This document shows positions 12,991 through 26,786 of a stretch of 64,000 bases of DNA, one piece after another. The position numbers and the translations under genes were made by a program. The notes below the pieces were generated by a model. That model had not been told where the DNA came from and did not search any database. It saw nothing but the letters and a program-made list of their open reading frames with translations. The number at the start of each line of letters is the position of its first letter. The first letter of the stretch is position 1. This DNA comes from Macrostomum hystrix (Eukaryota; Animalia; Platyhelminthes), in NCBI GenBank assembly GCA_950097015.1, contig CATNEN010000035.1, positions 1-64,000 on the forward strand, written 5' to 3'.

Positions 12991-15234
12991 TCGAGTCTCT
13001 AGACAAATTTATTACACTTTGTTTAACTTATTAAACAATGCTTACCGTTAGAAATATTTGTTTAGAAACTACTTAAAAACATTTTTATCATACTACTGAG
13101 TTTCAAAAAAACAATTAATAGTTTTCCTTTAATAATTCGAAGATCCCATTGCTAATCATTCAGTACAGAACTCACAATTAGATACAGCATTATGGAATCT
13201 AAATGAGCCCTGACCATTTAACTTCCTTTAATACTTCTTTAATGTCATCCCATTCAAAGAATCATTTTTCAAACTTCCCAACCGCAAATAGCCAGCAAGA
13301 GCTGGGCCATAAAATGTCTCAGAGACGCTGTAATAAATGGCAAACTCGACTAGCTCCGATCGTTAAAGTGCAGTCTGTTAAAATAGCCTTTCAATCTCTG
13401 CAGAACGCAGCGAACGATTGCAGCAGAAAATTGCTCCACACGGAAGAAAGATTTATTGTGAAGGGCCGCTTTTGGAAGAAGTGAAGAAAAAGTGAAACCC
13501 CTTACCGGCTTTTGGTCATTGAAAATGCTTCTGGTTCTCTTACGCTCTTAGCAACTACAGGAAATGCGATTGCAACAAACTCCTTCCCGATTTTGATGGC
13601 GCCTTTTTAGGCAATGATCCAGGTACAAGTACTTTGATCCCATTCAGCTATTTAGTTAGCTCTCCCAAAATATCCCCAACTTTGCCATTGTCTCGCTGGC
13701 GAGTCCATTTCTTGGGAAGTTGAATTTTCCCATTTATTTCTCCAATCCCATCTCGATTCGGGATCAGTGATTGCACTGACTTTCAGCCTTCTCTAGCCTA
13801 TAATGTTGAGGCATTGCTTGTTGCTAAGTCTGTTGGGATTTCACTTTCAGCAAATCAACTCTGAGGGTCTCCAATAATCGAAATTAATTTTAAGACAGGA
13901 ATGAAATGAGAAGATTGAAAAAATGACATTCGATTTCTCACAGCATTTCCTGGGAAATTCAATGCCGTGTTTTCTAGTGCTAATCCAACTTGGGATTACA
14001 GTTTAATCTCACAGAAAAGGCTAATTTATTTTTACACCTTTGGTCCTACAGATTAATGAATTGTCACACAATGGGAACACGAACACGGGCTGTAATAAAC
14101 TTTGGGCTGTGGAAATAAATGACTCAAACGAAGCTTGCTCAGGTTCAGAGGCACAGAGATGAAGAATGGGAAATAAAAACTTAGTTTAGTTTCTGATCCC
14201 TGCCAGCTGGTTGTAAAAAATTATTATTCTAAATTTATTCTTATAAAATGCACCAGAAACTGGTGCACTGCCTTCTGTGACGAAACATATCGAGGGAAAG
14301 TTTTGTTGAGTCTAGTTGAGTCTTGAACTCGATCACTCCAGCTTCATGGCCATAATTTTATCCCATCCCGAAAATCTTGTGAATCCCAAATTCAGAACTA
14401 TATCGATGCTTATCACTCACAAACCAATGCTTTATTCTGCCAATGGATTCAAGAGTCAAAAGACACGACCTGCATTAGTTAATCCAGCAGAAAGCTAATT
14501 ATCAGCAGACTCATTCCATTAAAACAAAGAAGAATGAAAGCAGGACAACAGGAGATAGAAACACGCTGATAAGAATTGAATTAGCCCCAATTGAAAACAG
14601 TTTTGAGCACAATTGAGAACAATTAAGCAAAACACACTCACCTTTGTATTGTTCAGGTAGAATGAAGCTTTCAGTTCAGTTGGCCAATCTTGAATTGAGC
14701 TGTGACTGATGTTGCTGATTTCTGCTTCAATTATCTTCCGATTTCATGCTGGATTCTGTGGACAAAGGGCAGAAGATGGTGGGAATAAAGCCAGTCAAAG
14801 ATGCGGCATTACATTGGATTTGGGAGTTATCTAAATACAGTGGGATTTTGTCCGCCCTTGGACTGCTGATCTCTCAATCTCTCGGATCCCTTTTGCTGTC
14901 TTGTGCTGCTGTCTATATGCCACAGGGCCCACCACCTCCACACGCCAAAGTCCCCTCCAACCCCAAAATTACAAATGAGGCCAGGGTTGACCCTGCAGGT
15001 CTGCGCTGATTGGCCAATGACTGCAGCTGTGTGGAGCGACGGCCCAGCCAATGGCAGAGGGCGGAGAGGACTTTGGGGAAAGCAATGGAGGATCAAAGTG
15101 CGACTTGTCACGCCTTTCATAATCTGTGCCGAGATATTATTAGTCCATTAAATATAAAATCACTAATCTACTAGAGCTGCTTTTACAAAATCTGAAAATA
15201 TAGTGGTCCTAACAGGACACTGAGAATGAGATTA

Positions 15235-15510
15235 GAGATTCGGAGACTGGGGAGATTCGGAGACTGGGGAGATTCGGAGACTGGGGAGATTCGGAGACTG
15301 GGGAGATTCGGAGAATGGGGAGATTCGGAGACTGGGGAGATTCGGAGAATGGGGAGATTCAGAGAATGGGGAGATTCAGAGAATGGGGAGATTCGGAGAA
15401 TGGGGAGATTCTAAAAATATAGAGATTCGGAGAATGGGGAGATTCAGAGAATGGAGAAATTCGGAGAATGGGGAGATTCAGAGAATCGAGAATTTTGAAA
15501 AGCAGGATAT
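15235..15510. repeat. Minisatellite, 17-bp unit (GGGGAGATTCGGAGACT/AAT)
   Basis: Direct tandem units, degenerating toward the 3' end. Confidence 0.9.
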
Positions 15511-16024
15511 TCTGAAAGTGGGGAATTCAGAAACTGGGTAAATGTAAAAGATAGGAAATCGAAAAACGGATATTCGGAAATTCTGTGAATTCCTCTGTAA
15601 GGAAAATGATGAATGAGGGGATAATTTTCTAATTTCGACACTTGGAGACAGTCGCGATTTTCAGTTGCCACCCTGACTAAAAAAATTCCGCTAAACACTT
15701 CAAGGGGATTATCTGGGTCTTTCGAGGGCGCCTTGAAATTTAATTCAAAGCAATGCGGTGCACAGTTTCCTAATCCCGTAGCTGTGAAAGAAGTTGACTT
15801 TTAAGCTAAAATGTCGAATTGGGTGAATATTAGGAAGCAAAACTGTTTAAATTAGCGATATATTTGCTTATCGGATCATCAGTCCATCAGTGACCGTCAT
15901 CACCCTATTATCAAAATGCATCGATCCATTATCTGCTTGTATCTGGGTCGGACATACTTTTACTGTGAATTAAGCTGCCTGAACTTCAGTTCAATTTCTG
16001 ATATCATCCACCTTTAAGCTTGCC

Positions 16025-16470
16025 TGTAACGCTTCTTCTCAATCTCCCTCATCCGTCCTTTCTCCTCTCTCCTCTCCCTGCTCTCTCCTCTCTCCTCTCC
16101 CTGCTCTCTCCTCTCTCCTCTCCCTGCTCTCTCCTCTCTCCTCTCCCTGCTCTCTCCTCTCTCCTCTCCCTGCTCTCTCCTCTCTCCTCTCCCTGCTCTC
16201 TCCTCTCTCCTCTCCCTGCTCTCTCCTCTCTCCTCTCCCTGCTCTCTCCTCTCTCCTCTCCCTGCTCTATTCTTTTCTCTCCTATCTCCGCTCTCGTTTC
16301 TGTTATCCTTTGCGTCTATCCACTCTACTTTTCTCACCTGTCTCTCGTCTTATTTTTCTCTCTCCTCTCTCACATCTGCTCTCTCTTCTCTCCACTCTCC
16401 CATCTCCTTTCTCCCCTCTATTTTTGCCCCTCCTTCCCATTTCTTACCCCTTCTTTCTCATCTCCCAAGC
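16025..16470. repeat. Polypyrimidine CT-rich minisatellite, 23-bp unit (CTCTCTCCTCTCTCCTCTCCCTG), with a degenerate flank
   Basis: Tandem units at 16060-16265, then degenerate CT-rich sequence. Confidence 0.9.
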
Positions 16471-17340
16471 TCGCGTTTCTGTCTCTGCACATTATTCTTT
16501 CACTTCAACTATTTCTGCCTTTTGAATGATGATGACCCGATTGGCACTTTAGAAGAACAGAAGCTGCTGTTAGAATACAGACAAATCCTTTCAGGCCTGC
16601 AACGGTATTCGCTGTCTGCTAAAATGGCCCAAACCTGCACTTGTCCCCTCAGTGTGACAGATGACTCCAGCTTGTGAATGCTGCCAAATTTGAAATGCAG
16701 TGACTGTTGAATCTGGGAAGAGGCCAAGATTGCAGAATCTGCAGTCTAGTTAGTGAATCCATTGAATCTACTATTATTGACCTCGGGCTAAAAATGGCAC
16801 AAAAATCTAGAATGAAAGAACGAATCAATAACAAGCGAAGAGTTTCTATTGTGAATCCGGACCTGAAATCTCACTGCTCCGCCCATTTTTGAAGGGCCGA
16901 GGGTCACCGAAGCAGCTGAGACCATATGTCCCTCGAGGGCTGAAGGTGCTAAAGGAGACAGGAAATTGGGAGACAATATAGTGCCCTCCCAATTGAGTAG
17001 GGATAATTTTAGTGCCCTTCCGTTCCTCCCAGTCCATCTTGTTGCGCAAGCCGGCAGTGAAAAGGATGAGCTGGGATAGACAAAACTAGTCAAACACACA
17101 CAGCCGCACGTGTCCACACATTTAGGCATTGCACAGCCAACCCAAGGTAGGGGGAGGCCAATAGTGTCTGTTGAGAACTGTGCTCAATGATAAACTCATC
17201 CTGCTAGCGGTCCCCACAGCGTTCCGCGTTGCGCAACAGGCCAGCTGGTGGTGGCGGGCTGAGCCAGTTGAGCTGGTTTTTGTGCTCATAAAATTCTCTT
17301 GAGTACGTGCCATTTTTTACCTCACAAAGTGCAGTTTTTA

Positions 17341-17832
17341 TATATTGCTTCTCCTGATATCTCCCATCTTCAATCCTCAAGATCTTCACCTGTCATTTCA
17401 CCTGTGTCTATTACTATTACTATTATATTGCTTCTCCTGATATCTCCCATCTTCAATCCTCAAGACCTTCACCTGTCATTTCACCTGTGTCTATTACTAT
17501 TACTATTATATTGCTTCTCCTGATATCTCCCATCTTCAATCCTCACGACCTTCACCTGTCATTTCACCTGTGTCTATTACTATTACTATTATATTGCTTC
17601 TCCTGATATCTCCCATCTTCAATCCTCAAGACCTTCACCTGTCATTTCACCTGTGTCTATTACTATTACTATTATATTGCTTCTCCTGATATCTCCCATC
17701 TTCAATCCTCACGACCTTCACCTGTCATTTCACCTGTGTCTATTACTATTACTATTATATTGCTTCTCCTGATATCTCCCATCTTCAATCCTCAAGACCT
17801 TCACCTGTCATTTCACCTGTGTCTATTACTAT
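17341..17832. repeat. Tandem repeat, 83-bp unit, about 6 near-identical copies
   Basis: Units start at 17341, 17424, 17507, 17590, 17673 and 17756 (TATATTGCTTCTCCTGATATCTCCCATC...). Confidence 0.96.
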
Positions 17833-20800
17833 TTGTCTCGCACTATTTTCCTGTACGATCCCCTCGTTCCTCAGCCCACATTCTCAATTCCCCATTCCAC
17901 TTGCTCTAAACTGACCAATTGGGATAACTTCCCCTTCCTGCAGTGGACCCTCCCACTGGGCTGTGAGAGGCTTTTGAAAAAACTCCCACCGGCAAAGGGA
18001 CGGGCAGTTGCCATTCAAACAGGTTAATTGTCTCCATTGCAAGGAAGTCTTGCGCTGGCCTGGTTCTGCTGGTGACTTGTGAAGTGTTTTTGGCTCGATG
18101 CCATTCACAAACTCGCAAGCCGCACACCTTGCAGGGAATTAACAGTTTTACTTCTGCTTTTGCCAGCAAAATAAGCCTTTCTGCATAATTAATGAGCTGC
18201 TCCGCATTTCGCCTCATTCGTGGCAAAATGATCTTTTCCTACCTGCTAATTTGGACTGTCACTTTATCCCAAGTGTCTTCTATAGGCAATAGCAGATTCT
18301 GCAACTGCCCAGGTCAGTCTGTGTTTCTAGGTTCTCCCATTCTTAGTTGTCAGTCATTTTACAGTGAGAAAGTGTTGAGTCAAGCAAGGTTAGTTTGAGA
18401 ACAAATTGTTTGACTTTAACTAGACTTGCAAGTCTTTTAACTATCGCAACGGTTTCATCTGAAGTGGGACATCAGGGCAAAGGGAATTCACTATTAGTTA
18501 ATCCAAATGTGCAGAAACTGCCTCTGGTGGGACCCCCTGTCCATATCACGACTTAGCCTCACTAACAACACCCGCTTCGGGGCAAGTTGTGGGGTGGAGG
18601 TTCAACAGACAATGGGACTATGAGCAGAAGCATGATCCCCACACAGCTCAATGAGGTGCAACAGATAGGGAAGACACGCAGAGGGCCTTGGGGAAAGAAT
18701 TCGCACCAGATCATTCGAGGTAAGGATGACGAAATTCTCGAGTGGAAAACACAGCGGTTCGGACCAGGCAGTCAGCAGGTTTTGAGCTCGAGTCAACTCA
18801 TCCTGGACCGCTTGCTGCGGCCCCATCTCATTGTCACAATATTGTCAGTCGAAAGTCAACAATGGGTTCATCCCATAAAGGATTCAGTGGATGCTTGCGC
18901 TCTGGGGAGTTTATCAGATTTTCATATCTGCTCTCATTGTGCATATCGGTGATGTTGAGTCAGGGGCAACAAGTGGAAACTGCCTCAAGATTGCCAAATT
19001 TGAATTGCAATTTATTGCCGATACAGTAGGCCTATTGTGTAACTCGATTGAAATCAGGTATATAATATTCTGTGCTAACATAAAAATGTTCTCCATTTCT
19101 CATTCCTGCAAGCCTAATTGATTTCGCCCACGTGTGCAAGAAATCCAATTGAGTCTCATTGGAATGAAGATGTGTTTGGACTGAGAAGGCCCGGATCACT
19201 CAGGACAATGAGAAAGGAAAGTCTGCGCCAAGAACAGACTGGCTGCGTATTGACCCCACAGCAGACAGACATTCTGGGAGGGGAATCAGGTAAAGGGAAA
19301 TCCTCAAAGGAAAGCCCATTGAGCATGTTGAGTCGTCAATGTCATTGGGTCACGCAGCAGTTCTTACATCTCAGACAGTTGGCGGCTAAATTACAGCGGT
19401 GAGTTTAGTTGGACTTACTGAAGACCCGCCTGTGCCGCTCCAGACAGACTGGGGTGACTGACAGACAGGGAATAAGATTGTCGCCACTTTGACCCGCTCT
19501 GAGCAACCAACTCAGGCCATGGAGACAGAGTGGATACCTGCAACTGAATGATCAGAGAGACGGGCAGTGAGATGTTAGAGTGAGTTCAGGAGAGTTGTTA
19601 GCTGAATACGTGGGCTGAAGTCTTGTATCCTAATCATTTCTAACGATTCCTGCAGATAACTCATAATGCAAATGTGAAGCATACCAGGCAACACAGATTG
19701 TCAGGCCACATGCAGTACGAATTTCATTCCATCGCCACTCCCCGCTGACTCAAACGGACACACCAGCGGCTGAGCACAGCATGAGTCGAAGGACTGACAC
19801 CTTTAGCGAGTACACGTGACAAGATTTGAGCAAATCTCAGACTATCTTTGAGTCACCCGCTGGTTCACTAAGCTACTGAACAATGGAAGATCACAGAATG
19901 CGATGTACAAGAAGCGAACATTGCGTTGATTGTCAGTCAATTAGCGATCGGAGTTGCTAAACTAAGAAATGGAAATTGATTTCACAGCAATGATCACTCA
20001 GATAATAATGAGACCATGCGATGCGGGCAGCTCAAGGTGAGGAAACTCAATTTAAATTGAAAGTCAACCTAATTAAAGACAAAGTGGTGACATTGTGAGG
20101 GCATTACGGTCATTGCCAGCGGGGTTCCTAAATGTCAAAGCTGGAAGGAGTTAGCGGAGTGCTTTGAGTTACGAAGGAAATCTGATCAAAGCTGAGCTCT
20201 GAGTTCCTGCTGCAATGAAATTCTTGGCCAATTTGTGATCGCTGATGGCAAATTGTAGGCAGTAACCGACTCGAATCAAATTAATTTCGAATGAAAATAA
20301 CCTGACGGATTGGGGTCCAAAATTCCAAGTGAACTCGCTTGAATATCCACCGTTAAATCCAGTGCCAGAAGCTGAGTGACTGAATACATTTGTTGGGTTA
20401 CATTTGCACGCAGGGCTTGAGAACAACAGAAAGTTGATAACAAATTGTGCTCTCATTAGCTAAATGGAATGCCGGGGCAGCATAGCAACTAACACAAGGG
20501 ACCAAGGACAATGAAACACGCACACAGACCGCCAGCAGCACACCTGGATTCTTGCAAATCAACTGCAAACGGAAGCTGCAGAGATGAGGCTGAGGTTTCA
20601 GAAGACAGAAACAGCCGTGTAACACTAACAGCAGTTGGACAGGGACTGCCTTCCCTGACCCACCTATCTTTGCTGCCTCCTCATTCGATTTTTCCCAGCC
20701 AGAAACACTGCGACTGAGTTAGAGGGCCATGGAGGAGAAACTTACGGTGTTACGTAATCGAGTCAGCAACTGACATTGGTTAGAATGATTTGGGACAGCC

Positions 20801-22399
20801 TCTCCACCCACAGCATCCGACCTGCACCACCAAAGCCTCACTCCCATCCTCACCCTGATGCGGAACACACGGGACGGATAAGAATGGACTTACCTGGAGG
20901 GTGCAGGCTCTGGTGCTGACTGCAGTTGCAGCCTCAAAGACTCGCAGTTGGAGAAATCGTTAAGCACACAGCGGTTATTGCCGCAGACGAGTTCAGTTGA
21001 AATCGAGAAGACACAATGCGATCGCAGAAGACGCTGTCAGTGTGCTCAGAGAGGCACAGATGAGCTGTGCTGTTTGGCTGAAAAATGCCAGGTTACGAGT
21101 AGATTGATCTTTAATCTTTGTTCTGCGACCTTAAAATATCCGTGTGCGATCTGAAGCCAGCGACTCAGTCCTCAATTTGAGAACCCTCAGATGCAACACA
21201 ATTTACATTTGAAGCATTCTATTATGACTGTCTTGAATTGAGCAAAACTTGTCTTTGCACGCCTGACGCAACGTGACAATGTCTCATCAGTGGAGACAAG
21301 GAGAGAAAAGTGACGCAATTCTAAATAGCCAACTCAGCGACCAAGCCTTGAGCATAGCAAGTTCACTAGAGCACACCTTCGCAGTCATATTGTTATCTTG
21401 AACTAGCATTGTACGCAGCTAAAGCTTTGCTGAGATCACAGATCACAAATTCAGTTGAGAATTAACTACCTGAGAGAGGTGAGGGATAAAAGTGATGGGA
21501 CTACGAGTACAGGTGGTTCACCGTAATCACGGCTGGCTTGCAGGAATAAACAGAAACTGTTAGAAAGTTTTCAGAGTGCCGAGTGAAATAAAAGTCTGCA
21601 GGAGACCAGAGACACCAACAGCACACATGACATGCAGAGTGCATCCTTTGTGTGACACCTCACCTGCGTCCCAGCAGCTCACCTTGTCGTTCAACCGTGC
21701 TTCAAACGCACAATTTGTGTCCGCTCTGCTTACCATTAGCAGGTGCTGTATGCATGGGAATATACAAGGGATAAAGGGGCTGCTTGCATGGCAGCAGACT
21801 GAATGGTTGGTGCTCACGACACTGCGAGGAGGAAGAGGGAGGCGCCGCAGGGACGGAGGGCAGGGCAAAACTTACAAATCCACACGCAGCGGCAGCCGCG
21901 AGGAGCAATCAAGAAAAGGTGGCGGGCTGTCGGGGCTATTTTGAGAACGAGGCAGAGCAGATCAGAGAATAGGAGTGACGCTGGTCGGCAGCCTGGGAGG
22001 TGCTCACATCCGCGCACTGGAGGCAGCGAGGCAGCTAAAACTACAATGCCGAAAAATTAAATGCCACATTTAGGCATCGCATCCGCCGCCACCAAATGTG
22101 GAGCCGCACGGTAACAGCTGCTTCCACAGCTATTGATCCCAGTCAATCAGTTGGTTGTTAAGGCATTTCCTTTGCTCATCTCAATGCTTTCTCATCGCTT
22201 CTGGCCTTGAAATGCGTGCGAGCGACACTGGAGACGCAGCGGGAGTTTTTTCCCTGCGTGGGCAACTCCCGATTCCAGTAACTGATCAATTCTCTCGATT
22301 AGCAGCTCCCCTGTTCAGGTAAGAGAGAGCACCTATGAGCAGTGATTTCGGATACGAATCTAACTAGCGCTTTTAATAGGCTTTTTCCCTCCGTAAAAC

Positions 22400-22732
22400 T
22401 CCAGGGACTCTTGCTGACCGAGAGGTCGGGAGTTCGATTCTCAGCTCAATGGAGACAAACATTTGTCCCTGAGCTAGAGGCTATGTTCCCTAGTGCTTCA
22501 GCTCACCTAGCTGTCAAATGGGTTCCAGCATGGGTAGAAATCGGGATGGGTGGGGCTGCCTCTCCAGTCCACGGACTGAGCAGCTGTACATAGCCAGCTG
22601 TGCCATTGGTTGTACATCTGTCTATGATGTCTATGTCTATGGGTGAGATGTCTGTCTGCCTATAAAATGCCAGTTCTTTGCTAAGCCTCTGACTCGACCG
22701 TCATTGCTACGAGTAATGAGGACTTGACTTGA
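22400..22732 (+). mobile_element. tRNA-derived CORE-like SINE, diverged or 5'-damaged copy, ending in GACTTGACTTGA
   Basis: B-box GAGTTCGATTC at 22430-22440; CORE-like TGCTTCAGCTCACCTAGCTGTCAAATGGG; shares CCAGTCCAyGGACTGArCAGCyGTAC with the copies at 26787 and 58639. Confidence 0.65.
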
Positions 22733-22736
22733 GGAT

Positions 22737-23210
22737 CAGATTCTCAGTTTGAGCTGCCAGCCTCCCAGATCTTCAGTTTGAGCTGCCAGCCTCCAAGATT
22801 CTCAGTTTGAGCTGCCAGCCTCCCAGATCCTCAGTTTGAGCTGCCAGCCTCCCAGATCCTCAGTTTGAGCTGCCAGCCTCCCAGATTCTCAGTTTGAGCT
22901 GCCAGCCTCCCAGATCCTCAGTTTGAGCTGCCAGCCTCCCAGATCCTCAGTTTGAGCTGCTAGCCTCCCAGATCCTCAGTTTGAGCTGCCAGCCTCCCAG
23001 ATCCTCAGTTTGAGTTACCAGCCTCCCAGATCATCAGTTTGAGCTGCCAGCCTCCCAGATCCCAGATCATCAGTTTGAGCTGCCAGCCTCCCAGATCCCA
23101 GATCCTCAGTTTGAGCTGCCAGCCTCCCAGATCCCAGATCATCAGTTTGAGCTGCCAGCCTCCCAGATCCCAGATCCTCAGTTTGAGCTGCCAGCCTCCC
23201 AGATCCCAGA
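22737..23210 (+). repeat. Minisatellite family A, 29-bp unit (CAGTTTGAGCTGCCAGCCTCCCAGATCCT) with 36-bp variants
   Basis: Tandem units; the same family occurs inverted at 24360 and 27735. Confidence 0.95.
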
Positions 23211-24359
23211 TCGGCACCATCAGTGACGCAACAAACAGAAAGCCAGCCATCTAACAATGCTGCTTAGGAAGAAGGAAAGACAATTGAATGAATACTCGTG
23301 TATTGGGTGCTTATTTGAGTTGGCGAAGAGGGCAACACAACTGGACGTCTTACAAAGTGTTGCATTTAGTTAAGCAGCTGATCCCTCAACTTTTCTTGCA
23401 GCTTAATTTCTGGAAAGCAGCGGAACTTCTGTGAGTACTGTTCTCAGCTAGCCTGTGGGTCACTTTCCGTTTACTGCTGGGAGTTTTGCCTACCGTGAGT
23501 CCCGGAATCGAAGCTGCTCAAATCCCACGAGGGCACGCATGTAGGAGGGGATATTTTGAGCTGCAATTGCTAAGGATTTGGGATCAGCAGTTCATCTGGT
23601 CGGCCAAGCCAAATCCCAAACAGACAGACGGAGTAAGCAAGAGCCTAGAATGAAAGACTCACCCTATAATTCCAGGGACTCTATCCTTGCGCTTCGGTAT
23701 TTCAGTTTCCCCTTGCTCAGAAACCTCCAATTTGAGAACGCATCTGTGGATGTTTTCTTTCCTTTGTTGCCCCCCAGTGCTGAAGCGTTCCAGAGCTGCA
23801 CCTTGGTTGACTTTCTGGGCAAGCGATGGTAGACAATTTGACTGACATGAGTTGTTTTTAGAGGCATTACCCACTTGACATCTGCTCAGCTATAGGCAGC
23901 TGGGGTGGCTGCCTTTTGAGTCAATTTTTAACACCTGAATGAGCGAGAAGAAAACTTTGGGAACGGAGAAGAATGTTACAAAATGCTTAGTCTACTCACT
24001 AAGCTTGCGGATTATCTTTCCTGACAGCAGTTTTTTATCACAGCGCGTAGGCGAGCTCGGAAAAGCCTCCCCTGCGGGAGCGAAAGTCACACGCTGAGAT
24101 GCGAAAGCAAAGTTCTGCGCCTCTGCACAATGCTCCCTATGGGACTTCCTGTGGACGCACACACCACCCGGGCCTCACGTCAAAATGGAGCTTCACTGCA
24201 ATAAAATTCACAAATGACATCACCCTCAAAGTGTGAACCGCCACACAGGTGAGAAAGAGGGGGACATTGTCAAAGTGCACGCTTAGTGGCGTGATGAAGG
24301 CAGCACTATTGGCCTGATGAGACGTCTCAGCGTCCACTGCCAGACAGTAAAAAAAACAT

Positions 24360-25078
24360 GAGGATCTGGGAGGCTGGCAGCTCAAACTGAGGATCCGGGA
24401 GGCTGGCAGCTCAAACTGAGGATCTGGGAGGCTGACAGCTCAAACTGAGGATCTGGAAGGCTGGCAGCTCAAACTGAGGATCTGGGAGGCTGACAGCTCA
24501 AACTGAGAATCTGGGAGGCTGGCAGCTCAAACTGAGGATCTGGGAGGCTGGCAGCTCAAACTGAGGATCTGGGAGGCTGGCAGCTCAAACTGAGAATCTG
24601 GGAGGCTGGCAGCTCAAACTGATGATCTGTGAGGCTGACAGCTCAAACTGAGGATCTGGGAGGCTGGCAGCTCAAACTGAGAGTCTGGGAGGCTGGCAGC
24701 TCAAACTGAGGATCTGTGAGGCTGGCAGCTAAATCTGAGGATCTGGGAGGCTGACAGCTCAAATTGAGGATCTGGGAGGCTGGCAGCTCACACTGAGGAT
24801 CTGGGATCTGGGAGGCTGACAGCTCAAACTGAGGATCTGGGAGGCTGGCAGCTCAAACTGAGGATCTGGGAGGCTGGCAGCTCAAACTGAGAATCTGGGA
24901 GGCTGACAGCTCAAACTGAGAATCTGGGAGGCTGACAGCTAAAACTGAGGATCTGGGAGGCTGGCAGCTCAAACTGAGGATCTGGGAGGCTGGCAGCTCA
25001 AACTGAGGATCTGGGAGGCTGGCAGCTCAAACTGAGGATCTGGGAGGCTGGCAGCTCAAACTGAGGATCTGGGAGGCT
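24360..25078 (-). repeat. Minisatellite family A, inverted orientation, about 24 units of 29 bp
   Basis: GAGGATCTGGGAGGCTGGCAGCTCAAACT is the reverse complement of the 22737 unit. Confidence 0.95.
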
Positions 25079-25919
25079 GTGTCTCTTTCCTGCAGGTGAT
25101 TCAACATTGCGTCGGTTCATTGTGTCGCCAGCACAGTGACGTGGAAAATGTACTTTTATCACAGTGACTTAGAATTCCAAGGTACCATTTTGCTTTCAGA
25201 CAAACACGAACTTTACACCGGCCGAATCATTAATTCCTTTACCTGTTGCCGCTCACCTGACTCGACGCATGTCATCGGATGCCATCAAAGGTCTTCAAGG
25301 CACTGTTCCTGCATCTCATTCCATTTGGTCCCTTGGCCCTTGCCTCCATCTGACAATGTACCAATCGGCCCTAAGTGCATTCCAGCAGGCGCTCTCTACA
25401 TTAGATGATGGTTGCTGTGCACTTTGCTTTATATTGGATCGATTCATTCTAGCACAGACAACACTCGGTACAGGGCCGCTGCTTAGGTTGCTCGGGCCCC
25501 ATTATATCCCAATCCACTCACTCTCACCAACTGTGGGTAGAGGAGGAGGCAGCAGATGATGGTCTCAGTCCACTTCTGCGACTGTAGGGCAACCTGAGAG
25601 ACTTATAGAGGCCATGTGAGTGCGAGACAGAGATGACGAGTGGTGTCGAATCAGGAAACTCTGAAGTGTTTGGCCAGTAATTTGATGAGATTGACTCTCG
25701 CCTCGCATTCCCCACCAACTGAGCTTGAGGCTGTGGCTGCACTCACCACACCAGCAGAACTGACTGAGCAAAGCAATGAACATTGCTTTCTCATTCTACA
25801 ACTGCAGTCGGAGCAACTTGCCATTTGACTCGAGGCAGTGCATGTCAAGGTGCTGTCATCATCAGCATCGAGATCAGGAAGCCGAGCTACATGTTTTACG
25901 GACTGGGGAATCGGTCAGC

Positions 25920-26185
25920 AGGTAGCAGTGCCTACAGGTAACAGTGCCTTCAGGTAGCAGTACCTACAGGTAACAGTGCCTTCAGGTAGCAGTGCCTACA
26001 GGTAGCAGTGCCTTCAGGTAGCAGTGCCTACAGGTAACAGTGCCTACAGGTAGCAGTGCCTTCAGGTAGCAGTGCCTACAGGTAACAGTGCCTACAGGTA
26101 GCAGTGCCTTCAGGTAGCAGTGCCTACAGGTAGCAGTTCCTTCAGGTAGCAGTGCCTTCAGGTAGCAGTACTTACAGGTTGCAGT
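25920..26185. repeat. Minisatellite, 16-bp unit (CAGGTAGCAGTGCCTW)
   Basis: Direct tandem units. Confidence 0.92.
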
Positions 26186-26786
26186 TTTCAGCCTCACAAA
26201 GTCTCAAGAGAGTATGTTCGATATGCAATTCTTTTTGGAATAAAATGCATTGCTAAAAGGAAAAAAGTTTTTTAGAAAGAAAAACAAAACTCGAACCGTA
26301 CCTCGCATTTGTCAGCGGTTGCTCTGAAGTGCAGAGAAGAATTTCCTTCCTTCCTTCAGCTCGTGGCTGAAACTTTCCGAGCTGAAAAAACCGTCTCGCT
26401 GAAGCCTGCGTGGCACCGAAGCTTCGCTGGGGTGAGCGATCAGAGACGATCAGTTGAACTGTTTTGAACAAGAAACTCAGTTGAACTGTTTTGTGAGTTT
26501 ACTGGCAGTTAAAATTATAGTGATTGGCGGAGGTGAGGTGGGTGCACAGCGCGGTCCCTTTGAGCTGTGAGCGATCGGAAGGTGCGCCAAGGGGTCATAA
26601 GTCCGCTTCTTGCGCCACCGCGTCAACGAGTGTGATAACGGATAATGGAACAAACTGTCTGGTAGACATTGAAGCTAGCGAGAGGGGTGTGAGACAAACT
26701 GATGTCAGTATCAGACGGGCTGATGAGATGACACCATAATTTCAGCGTCAGCTATTAAGAGTTGCATTGCATTAAGAGGTTGTAGA

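Noticed and set aside
8400-22300. Numerous 60-120-aa ORFs in the intergenic region
   Set aside because: No recognisable motifs, coding-like composition or consistent exon chains; small real exons cannot be excluded without RNA data.
24040-24340. Hammerhead or other ribozyme in the foldback spacer (CTGATGAG at 24314; GC-rich hairpins near 24050)
   Set aside because: No correctly placed GAAA and stems could be assembled around the CTGATGA core.
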